DNA of 64,000 nucleotides from an uncultured Clostridium sp. (GTDB lineage Bacteria > Bacillota > Clostridia > TANB77 > CAG-508). The stretch is taken from contig CAOKQZ010000005.1 in the NCBI GenBank assembly GCA_948471055.1, positions 40,193 to 104,192 on the forward strand, read 5' to 3'. A program made the position numbers and the translations under genes. The notes beneath the pieces were generated by a model. That model saw nothing but the letters and a program-made list of their open reading frames with translations. It was not told the origin of the DNA and made no database searches. Positions 1 to 9,300 of this stretch are shown here, piece by piece (position 1 is the first letter of the stretch; every line of letters begins with the position of its first letter).

Positions 1-77
1 TTAGAATAAACTATGAATACCGATATAAAAATGCATTTTGGGAAGCCCAAGAGACCATCCAATTATATCCAGAAGAT

Positions 78-827
78 TTGGAAGAGGGGGCAAGTGAAAA
101 ATTTAAAATTGGTGATATTGTAAAATTAAAACATGAAATAGATTATGGGTATATAGATGATAATGTAGATAGAATTTATGTGGTTAGGTGGTTACCAAGA
201 AAATTTAATGGGGAAAAATATTTTGAAAATACGTATGCATTAGTATCTCTTTATGAAATGAAAAATGAATGGGGAAATAAGGAGTTATTTACATATGAAT
301 ATTTTGGGCATGATATTGAAAAATATACAGGAGTGATTGAAAAAGACTCCGAATATAACTTACTAAGTAAAATTGTAAAAGGAGATATTTGTGTAAGTTA
401 TGAATATTGGACCAAGATTAAAATAGGAATGTTACCATTAACAAAAGAAACTCTTCGAAAAGAAAATGGAGAAGAGTGGGATGATTGGGGTTTTTACTCT
501 ACCGAAATTGGACCGAAACGCACAGGGTTAAATGTAAGTGTATTTCCAAAGAAAAATATATTTGGAGAAAATATAAAAGAATGCTTACCTAAAATCCGTA
601 TTCAGAATGAACGAAATAATTATGAAGATACATTTAGTATAACATTAGAAGAAGAACCAAAAGTTGTGATTGGGGAAAATAAATTATCCAAAGAAGATTA
701 CCAAAAGGTTTGTGAGTTTGTAAGAAAAAATTTAGAAATCTTAAAAAAACATTTTGACCCCCATAATGAATTTGATGATAATGAATTATGGGAAGCACTG
801 AAAGAAAATGGGTCAATTCAAATTTAA
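78..827 (+). CDS. hypothetical protein; the frame is open back to the window start, so it may be 5' partial
   Basis: 249-aa ORF with no motif I recognise. No stop upstream in frame to position 3. Confidence 0.4.
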   Translation: MEEGASEKFKIGDIVKLKHEIDYGYIDDNVDRIYVVRWLPRKFNGEKYFENTYALVSLYEMKNEWGNKELFTYEYFGHDIEKYTGVIEKDSEYNLLSKIVKGDICVSYEYWTKIKIGMLPLTKETLRKENGEEWDDWGFYSTEIGPKRTGLNVSVFPKKNIFGENIKECLPKIRIQNERNNYEDTFSITLEEEPKVVIGENKLSKEDYQKVCEFVRKNLEILKKHFDPHNEFDDNELWEALKENGSIQI

Positions 828-840
828 GGAGGAAATGCAA

Positions 841-957
841 TGGGATATTATGTTATAAAAAAACTAGCACCAAAGATATTCGAAAAAGCAAAGAAAAAAG
901 AAGAAGAAAACGAAATGAAGAAACAAGAAAAAAAGAAAGAAGATAAAAAGAAATAGG
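841..957 (+). CDS. small Lys/Glu-rich peptide (38 aa), speculative
   Basis: ATG 13 nt after an AAGGAGG-like site. Low-complexity K/E-rich product. Confidence 0.15.
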
Positions 958-961
958 AGGA

Positions 962-1285
962 ATGGCGATGGCTACAACGAATGAGTATATTGAATACGTA
1001 TGTGAACAAATAAAAGGGGTTGGAGAAATACGTTATAAAAAAATGTTTGGAGAGTTTATGGTATATGTAAATGATAAACCAGTCATTATTGTTTGCGATA
1101 ACGTTCCTTTTGTAAAAAAATTAGACTGTATTGAAGAAATGATGAAACAAGCAGAGGTAGGTTTCCCATATAATGGAGCAAAAGAACATTATGTACTAGA
1201 CATTGACAATCCAGATTTTTGTAAAATGGTGGTATCGGAAGTAGAAAAAGTAACCCCACTACCAAAGCCTAGAAAAAAGAAGTAG
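962..1285 (+). CDS. TfoX N-terminal domain-like small protein
   Basis: 107 aa with KMFGEFMVYVNDKPVIIVCDN, resembling the TfoX/Sxy N-terminal domain. RBS GGAGGAATGG precedes it. Confidence 0.45.
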   Translation: MAMATTNEYIEYVCEQIKGVGEIRYKKMFGEFMVYVNDKPVIIVCDNVPFVKKLDCIEEMMKQAEVGFPYNGAKEHYVLDIDNPDFCKMVVSEVEKVTPLPKPRKKK

Positions 1286-1299
1286 AAAAAAACTATTAA

Positions 1300-1334
1300 A
1301 AACAGACAATTCATTGCGGATTGTCTGTTTTTAT
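1300..1334 (+). terminator. rho-independent terminator
   Basis: Hairpin AAACAGACAAT...ATTGTCTGTTT followed by T-run. Confidence 0.6.
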
Positions 1335-1363
1335 GATAGGATAAAGAAAATGGAGGTGGAAGG

Positions 1364-2854
1364 ATGTCTTTTATTAATGTACAGGATTTAACATTTGGTT
1401 ATGAGGGAAGCTTGGAGAAGGTATTTGATGGGGTGTCTTTTCACATGGATACAGATTGGAAATTGGGGTTGATTGGAAGGAATGGGAAAGGAAAAACTAC
1501 GTTTTTGAAATTGCTCCTTGGGGAATATGCGTACCAAGGGACGATTACGAAAAAAGTGGAGTTTGACTATTTTCCTTTTGAAGTAAAGGATAAGGAGAAA
1601 TTGGCAATTGAGATTGTAAATGAGATTGCACCAAAAGTGGAGGATTGGGAAATTATTAAGGAATTAAGCTTACTACATAGTGATGCAGAAATTCTTTACC
1701 GAAAATTTTGCTTATTAAGCGGTGGAGAACAAGTAAAAATTTTGTTAATTAGTTTGTTTCTAAAAGAAAATCATTTTTTATTAATTGATGAACCAACCAA
1801 TCATTTAGATAGTAAAACGAAAGAGAATTTGGTGGAATATCTAAATAAGAAAAAGGGTTTTATTTTAGTATCGCATGACAGAAATTTCCTAGATAAAGTA
1901 GTAGATCATATTATATCGATTAATAATACAAACATAGAAATTCAAAAAGGGAATTTTTCTTCTTGGTACGAAAATAAACAGGCAAGGGATACGTTTGAAT
2001 TAACACAAAATGAGAAATTAGAAAAAGAGATTAGCCGATTAGAAATTGCCTCAAAGAATACGGCAAATTGGTCAAATAAAATAGAAAAATCAAAATACAA
2101 TACCAATAATTCAGGCTCAAGTATCGATAGAGGATACGTAGGTCACAGGTCAGCAAAAATGATGAAAAAATCCAAGGTAATCGAAAAACGAATTGAAAAA
2201 TCGATTGAAGAAAAATCTGGTTTATTACATAATATGGATAGAAACGATACCTTAAAAATAGTACCATTGGAAACTAAAAAAACGCCATTAATCGTAGCAA
2301 ATCATCTACAAATTAACTATGAAAACAAAGCAATTTTTAAAGAGCAATCGTTTGTCATAGAAAAAGGAGACAGAGTCGCTATTACTGGGAAAAATGGAAT
2401 TGGGAAATCGAGTTTATTAAAATTAATATTGGGAAATGAAATACCATATGCTGGAAATATAAAAGTAACAGCCGATTTGAAAATATCGTATGTATCACAA
2501 AATACAGACAATTTAAAAGGAAATTTAAAAGAGTTTGGAGCAAAACACGAAATAGAAGAAAGTATTTTTAAAGCAATGTTAGTAAAAATGGGATTTTCTA
2601 AGCAAGACTTTGAAAAAGAAATAAACCAAATGAGTGAAGGGCAAAAGAAAAAAGTATTGCTTGCCAAAAGTATTTCCGAAAGGGCACATCTATATTTATG
2701 GGACGAGCCATTAAACTATATTGATATTTTAACAAGAATTCAAATAGAAGAAGCAATTTTAGCCTACAAACCAACCATTATCTTTGTAGAGCATGATGAG
2801 ACGTTTGTAAAAAAGGTAGCAACAAAAGAAATTTTAATAGAGAAGAACAAATAA
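1364..2854 (+). CDS. ABC-F ATPase of the Lsa family (ribosomal-protection type, probable lincosamide/streptogramin A/pleuromutilin resistance)
   Basis: Two NBDs (GRNGKGKTT..LSGGEQ..LLIDEPTNHLD and GKNGIGKSS..MSEGQKKK..LYLWDEPLNYID) with no transmembrane domain. Linker and NBD blocks closely resemble Lsa as I recall it: DTDWKLGLIGRNG, GFILVSHDR, RSAKMMKKSK. Length 496 aa. Confidence 0.75.
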   Translation: MSFINVQDLTFGYEGSLEKVFDGVSFHMDTDWKLGLIGRNGKGKTTFLKLLLGEYAYQGTITKKVEFDYFPFEVKDKEKLAIEIVNEIAPKVEDWEIIKELSLLHSDAEILYRKFCLLSGGEQVKILLISLFLKENHFLLIDEPTNHLDSKTKENLVEYLNKKKGFILVSHDRNFLDKVVDHIISINNTNIEIQKGNFSSWYENKQARDTFELTQNEKLEKEISRLEIASKNTANWSNKIEKSKYNTNNSGSSIDRGYVGHRSAKMMKKSKVIEKRIEKSIEEKSGLLHNMDRNDTLKIVPLETKKTPLIVANHLQINYENKAIFKEQSFVIEKGDRVAITGKNGIGKSSLLKLILGNEIPYAGNIKVTADLKISYVSQNTDNLKGNLKEFGAKHEIEESIFKAMLVKMGFSKQDFEKEINQMSEGQKKKVLLAKSISERAHLYLWDEPLNYIDILTRIQIEEAILAYKPTIIFVEHDETFVKKVATKEILIEKNK

Positions 2855-2994
2855 TGTAGAAACTATATCAAAGAGATTAGTATAGAGTTTAGAAACTGAG
2901 CTAGTATAAACTTTTAATAGGAAAATTTTAGTAAACAAAAAATTGGTTACAAATACTTAACACATACACTCAGTTTCAAAAAGACGAAGAAAAG

Positions 2995-3024
2995 TTGACA
3001 TAAACTACGATGTTGTGATATAAT
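2995..3024 (+). promoter_or_regulatory. sigma-A-like promoter (TTGACA, 18 nt spacer, TATAAT) upstream of the Wadjet-like operon
   Basis: ttgacataaactacgatgttgtgatataat, 29 nt before the 3053 start. Confidence 0.45.
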
Positions 3025-3052
3025 AATACCGATAAAAAGAGGGTGGCAAAAA

Positions 3053-4060
3053 TTGGAAAAAAACGAACTAGAGCAAAGAATACGAGAAATACTTAAAAAG
3101 GTAAAATCCCAAAACATAACATTAGAAGAAATATATCAATCTACTAAAATCGTATATAGTCCAGAAATAGCGAAACAAATGGATATAATAATAGGAAACT
3201 TAGTACAAGAGAACAAATTAGAACCATTAAAAAATGCTAGAAAGAATTTAATGGGAACTCCTTTAAAATATCGAATTGTAAGGTATCAAAAAGACTATGC
3301 TGAAACAAAACAAGAAATTATGCAGTTGCATGAGAAAATAAATGTGCAATATTATTTAAAACATCCTGAAGAATATGAAGAATATAGAGATGAGATTTTT
3401 AAAATTAACAATTTTATTGCATTAGAAGAGAAAGGACAAACATTAACAGTAAATGAAAGGTCCTATCAAATATGGAAAGATGAGAAAAAATTAAAACAAC
3501 AGGAAAATATACTGAAAAAACTGGGAATTGGTTTTAAGGAATTAAACTGCTATGAAACTTACGAACCATTTTTTTATTTTGAAAACAATCAATATAACGA
3601 AAAGAATAAAAAGGTATTAATTATCGAAAATAGAGATACTTTTTGGACATTTAAGAAAATAGCAGAAAAATATCAGAATTTTTATTTAATTATTTATGGA
3701 GAAGGAAAAAAGATTTTAAATAGCTTTGAATATATAGAAAATTTTAATATAAAAAAAGAAACAGACATTTTGTACTTTGGAGATATCGATTATGAAGGAA
3801 TTAATATTTATGTATCATTAGTACAAACGTATAGTGACTATCATATTTTACCATATGTAGTAGCATACCATAAGATGATAGAATTAGAAAACAATCCCAA
3901 CCAAATAAAGAAAAAACAAAATAAGAGGGAAGACTATATAGAGGTATTTTTAAATTATTTTGATGAAGAAGATAGAAAAAAATTGCGAAATATGTTTGAA
4001 AATAATTTTTACATCCCACAAGAAATATTAAATTATGAAGAGGTAGAAAAGATAGTATGA
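3053..4060 (+). CDS. JetD/MksG-like Toprim-domain protein (Wadjet-like system component)
   Basis: 335 aa. Toprim-like acidic motifs: LIIENRDTF, then FGDIDYEG 50 aa later (E...DxD). Its stop overlaps the next gene's start (ATGA). Confidence 0.45.
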   Translation: MEKNELEQRIREILKKVKSQNITLEEIYQSTKIVYSPEIAKQMDIIIGNLVQENKLEPLKNARKNLMGTPLKYRIVRYQKDYAETKQEIMQLHEKINVQYYLKHPEEYEEYRDEIFKINNFIALEEKGQTLTVNERSYQIWKDEKKLKQQENILKKLGIGFKELNCYETYEPFFYFENNQYNEKNKKVLIIENRDTFWTFKKIAEKYQNFYLIIYGEGKKILNSFEYIENFNIKKETDILYFGDIDYEGINIYVSLVQTYSDYHILPYVVAYHKMIELENNPNQIKKKQNKREDYIEVFLNYFDEEDRKKLRNMFENNFYIPQEILNYEEVEKIV

Positions 4061-5554
4061 ATCAAGTAGAAGATTTTAATTTAAAAGTATTCGAAGATAT
4101 TACCAAAGATGTTTTAGAAGAATTTGAGGTAAGACAAAAAAATATTGAGATTTACTATCCATATTTTGAAGTAATAAGAAAATTGAAAGCAAAACAAAGT
4201 ACCTTAAAAGTAGATTTGGTAGGGGTATTTATGGCGATGCTTTCTTTTCTTTTGTATGAAGGAAAATTGAATAATCATAAAATACAATACAAAGATATTT
4301 GTGAATTTATTCTATATTTTGTAGAAAAAATAAGCAACAAGAAATTAGAACAAGAACAAGCAAAAGAGATAACAAATATTATTTTAGATGAAGCACAAAA
4401 TGGCGGAACAAGCTTTTCTTATTCATATTATAGTTTTCAGAAGCAAAAAGAAAAACAAGATTTAATGAAATACATTGAAATAAAAGTGGGAGAAGATGGA
4501 AATTATTATTATTATATTACTCCAGAAGGAGTAGATTTTTATCTAAAGACAAAAGAATTTCCAGATGCAGCACAAATTACGATTAACTTATTACTATTTC
4601 GAAAGCAAATTGAAAAAGGTTCTTTTGATTATGCATATGATACGGTAAAAAGATTGAACATTGAAGTAAAAAAGAAAATTGATGAAAAAGAAATGATTAT
4701 AGAAGGATTAATGTATGGAGGAAAAGAAGCGGTAGAGAGATACTATGATTATCATAAACAAGTAAAAAGTCAATTTCTTGAAGAAAGTGAGCTTTTCCAG
4801 GAAATGATGGGGATTATTCAAAACTTGTACACAGAATATTTTAAAAAAGAGGATTTTGAGAATTTAGGTGATAAAGAAAAAAACACAATCAAAGTAATTC
4901 GTAACATAGAAAGAGAACTAAATAAAGCGATTGAGGCACATACAAAGCTTTTAAAAGAAGCAACAAGTAGCCACGAAAAATATGATGAAATTATCAAAAT
5001 TAAGATGAAAAGTGCTTTTTCAGAAAAATTTGCTTTTGAAAAGGAATTTGAAAAATTGATTACGAAAACCAATCAGCCAGAAAAAATGAAATATTTCGTA
5101 ATGCCTTTTTTATTTCCTAAAAATCTAAAAAGTTTTAACCCCATGAAAGCAATGGAACATCAAAGACTTCCAAGAGAAGCAAAAGAAGTAGAAGTGGAAA
5201 CAAATCCACAATTGATGGATTATAAAAATATAGACAAACTAACAGAAGAAAGAGTAATTTATAATCATCGATTTTATTTTCAAAATTTGCTTGTAATATT
5301 AAAACGTCAAGACAATGTGGATTTAATACGGCTTTTCTGATTTTATGAAAGAAAATTACGGAGAAGATTATCTATATAATGGGGATTTTATTTCTTTTGT
5401 GATTTATTTAAATCGAAAGAAGATACTTAGTAAACACACAGATGAAATTTTTAGTGATTTTGAGTTTAATCGAATTATAATCTATAATTTAGAAGAAGAT
5501 ATTGACTTAGGAAATGGACTAAAAATTACCAATTTGCGAATAAAAAAGGAATAA
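4057..5554 (+). CDS. JetA/MksF(MukF)-like kleisin-type protein. Full length about 498 aa only if the in-frame CGG at 5329-5331 is passed by a +1 shift.
   Basis: Track ORFs 4057-5340 (427 aa) and 5345-5554 (69 aa) join into one 498-aa product, MukF/JetA-sized, if the C at 5329 is skipped (ATA CGG CTT read as ATA [C] GGC TTT). This is the same signature as in 10 housekeeping genes. Confidence 0.45.
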
Positions 5555-5584
5555 ACAAAATTTGTTTTGTGAAAGGAGAAATAG

Positions 5585-6319
5585 ATGGAAATAAGTGAAG
5601 AAGCAATGAATATTGCATTAGAAATTATAAACGAATTATTGCAAAACCAAGAAATTTCAAAAATAAAAAATATGGCATTGTATAATGAATATGTGAATAA
5701 TACGGAAATAGAAAACATAACGAATAAAATTGCGGAGAAAATGGGATTTGAAATATATCATATGGAACGAACCTTGAATTTATGCGTTATGCCAGAAAAC
5801 AAAGTGTTTGGCTATACCAATGAGGACTTAAAAAATAGAATCAAACAATTTAACCGAAATGAAGATATTTATTTAATGTATTTCGTTATTATTACTCTTA
5901 TTACCTGCTTTTATAAAGAATCTGGATTTAACACACCAAGAACCTACCTAAGGTTTGATGAATTTATAGAAACAATTCATCATAAATTTGAAAATTTAAT
6001 ACCAGAAGAATTGGAAGAAAGCAGTAAAAAAATGCAATATAATTTTGTAATGATAAAAAAGGTATGGGAGAGATTAGCAGATGCAAAAGAAGAAAGAGTA
6101 GGAGTAAGCAAAAATGACAAGATTTCTTTTGTGAGGTTAGTATTGAAATTTTTACAAGAAGAAAAGCTAGTGTTTTATGATGAAAATACTAGAAATATAT
6201 ACATAACTACTAGGTTTAAATCAATTGTTTATTTTTATTTTGAGTATGACAAAAACAACAAAAATAATTTAATGGGGTATATTTATCAGTTGGGAGGTGA
6301 AGAGGATGCCACATATTAA
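5585..6319 (+). CDS. JetB/MksE(MukE)-like small subunit
   Basis: 244 aa acidic protein between the kleisin-like and SMC-like genes. Size and position fit MukE/JetB. Its end overlaps the next ORF by 23 nt. Confidence 0.4.
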   Translation: MEISEEAMNIALEIINELLQNQEISKIKNMALYNEYVNNTEIENITNKIAEKMGFEIYHMERTLNLCVMPENKVFGYTNEDLKNRIKQFNRNEDIYLMYFVIITLITCFYKESGFNTPRTYLRFDEFIETIHHKFENLIPEELEESSKKMQYNFVMIKKVWERLADAKEERVGVSKNDKISFVRLVLKFLQEEKLVFYDENTRNIYITTRFKSIVYFYFEYDKNNKNNLMGYIYQLGGEEDATY

Positions 6320-9300
6320 TCGAGTTAGACTTGTTAATGTTAAATATAATGATTCAAAGTCTTGTTATGATAATTTTATTATGAATTTTGGAGGAAAATC
6401 AGCAACATATGATTTGCAAAATGGTGGGGGCAAGTCTGTTATGTTATTAATGCTACTACAAACCGTACTTCCTAATACCTATTTAAAAGCAGATAGACCA
6501 CTAAAGAATATCTTTAAGGGAGGAAATCCGAATCGAACTTCTCATTGTTTGGTGGAATGGAAATTAGATGAGAATTCAGAGTACAAATATCTTCTTACCG
6601 GTTTTTGTGTACGAAAAAGAAAAGAAGAGGAGGAAGAGGAAAGAGATACAATAGGGATAGAATATTTTAACTATTGTTATTTATATAATACACAAAATGA
6701 AAATGATATTAAACAAATTCCATTAGTAGAAGAAACAAATGAAGGTAGAATCGTGATGTCTTATGAAAAATTAAAGCAATATTTAACTGATATGCGAAAG
6801 GAAAATCTACCAGTTCAAGTATTTCATAGTAAAAAAGAATATCTTAAATACATAGAATATTTTGGATTAATTAGTGCAGAATGGAAATTAATTAATGAGA
6901 TTAATTCAGGAGAAAACAATATCGAAAGTTATTTTAAAGTGAATAAAACTTCTAGAAAATTAATTGAGAATTTTTTGATAAAAATAATTGATAATATTAA
7001 TATGCAAAATAATAGTGAAGTAGCGGAAAATGAGGACTTAGCAGAAGCACTTATTAGTATTAAGGATAACTTAATGAAATTTAAAAAGGAAAGTGACCAT
7101 AAAAAGGAATATGAAGAAACAAAAGAATTATTTGAAAAGCTAAAAAGATATGCTGAAGAAATAGAGACTACCTATACGAAAGAAGAGGAAATATATCAAA
7201 AAGCATATGAAACATATTACTTTTATAAAGATAAAAAAGAGAAGTTACAAAAGCAGGTAGAAAATGAAAATAATCAAATAGAGAATTATAAGAGGAAATA
7301 TATCGAATTAGAAAATCAAAATAGCAAATTAGAAATTAATAAAAAGAAAATGGAACAAAAAAATCTTTTTGCACAGCAAGAGGAGACTAGAACGAAAATT
7401 GAAAGCTTGCAACAAAAACAAGAGAAAATCGAAAGACAAATAAAAAAGGCAAAAGCAGTAAATGAGTATTTAGAATATAAAGAAAAGAAAGACATACTAG
7501 AACAAAAACAAATACAAATTCAAAAGATGTATTTAAGTGATGAAGAAACACAAAAACAGTATAATGTATATGGTACGAATTATATGAGAATGGTAAAACG
7601 TAAGAAAATAGAGATAGAAGAACAAATGAATACTGCAAAACTTAAAAAAGAGCAAACAAATCAAAAACGTGAAGAACAAAAAAAGCAGACCAGTGCTGCA
7701 AATGAGAATTATATTTCAATAAAAACAAAACTAGAAAGTCTTGAAAAAGAATTAAATAAGAAGAAAGAAGAGGAAAAAGGTTACCAAAAAGAACTAACAA
7801 GTAGAGGGTATTTAGAAGAACTTTTAAACTTAGAAGAAACAATAAATAAGTTTTCAGAACGTAAACAGAGTTTAGAAAAAGAAGAACAAAGGAATATTAC
7901 CCAAATAGAAGAATTAAAAGCAGATATAAATGGAAATGAGAAAAAAGAAACAGAAATAAAGAGTGAAGTAATTATTTTAAAGAACAGTATAGAAAATGTA
8001 AATAATCAATATGAAGCATATAAAAACAAAAAGATAGAAATGGAACAATTATGTAAGACATTTAATGTACAAACTTTAGAGGAATTACAAATGAATTGGC
8101 AAATGAAAAAAGAAAATATTAAAAAATCAAGGTTAGAAAAAGAAATCCAAAAACAAATAAAACAAACAAAACGAGACTTAATTGAGAAATATCATTTAGC
8201 TGTACCAAATGAAGATATTTTTTTCTTAAAAGATAAATTAAAAGAAAAATGTGCCTATGTTACAACAGGAATAGAAGAATTAACAAAAATGGAGGAAGAA
8301 AGAAGAACAGAAATATTAAAAACAAACCCATGGTATATCTATTCGGTGTTTATTGATGAAGATAGTTTTGTAAAGTTTAAAACACAGGGAATTAATTATG
8401 ATATACAAAGTTTGGTTCCAGTGGCTAATATTGAGTTTTTAAGACAAAAAGAGGAAAATAAAGAAGGAAAAGACTTTATTTATCCAATTGCAAAAGAAAT
8501 ATATCAAAATATGGATGAACAAAGATTAGAAAGTTATAAAAAAGAATTAGAAGATAAGATTTTGCATTTAGTAAGGAAGATTGAACAAGAAGAAAAAGAA
8601 GAGGAAAAATTGCAAACGTTAATACAAGATTGTAAGGATTTTGCCGAAAAATATTCCAAAGAAAATGTGAAAAAGATGGAAAATGAGATAGAAAAAATAG
8701 AAAACGAAATAAAAGAAAAAGAAGATTTTAGAAAACAGTTGATAAAAAAGAAGGAACAACAAGAAGAAATCATTGAAAATTTAAAAAACAGAAATTCCGA
8801 AATTGTAGCATTGGTTTCAAAATTACGAGAGGATATAAATTGGTTTAACGATTTAAAACAGGTTAAAGAAAATATTAAAAATGAGACAAAAGAGCAAGAA
8901 AAATTGAAAGAAGAAGTGCAAATAGCGCAGGAGATTTTTGAAACGAAAAATGAGGAATTAGAACAATTAGAGGTGTTATTAGAAAGCTATAAGGAAGAAG
9001 AAAGGCAAATAGCATATGATTTACAAGCAATAGAAAATCTGTTAAAAGATTTAGAAAAGTTCGAGAATTTGAGTAATATTGAAGAGTTACCGATGGAATT
9101 TGACGAGATAAAAAATGAATATGAAGCACTTAGTAAAAAATTAAATTCAAAGAATAGCCAAATTACGGAATTAGAGGAAAGCTGTAAAGTACTAAAAGAG
9201 GCAATGGACAAATGCCAAAAGAGGATAGAAGAAAATGGTTTTTTAGTAAGTGAATTTGCAGAAAGTAAAGAAAATCTAAGTAAAACATTAGATTGTGTGT

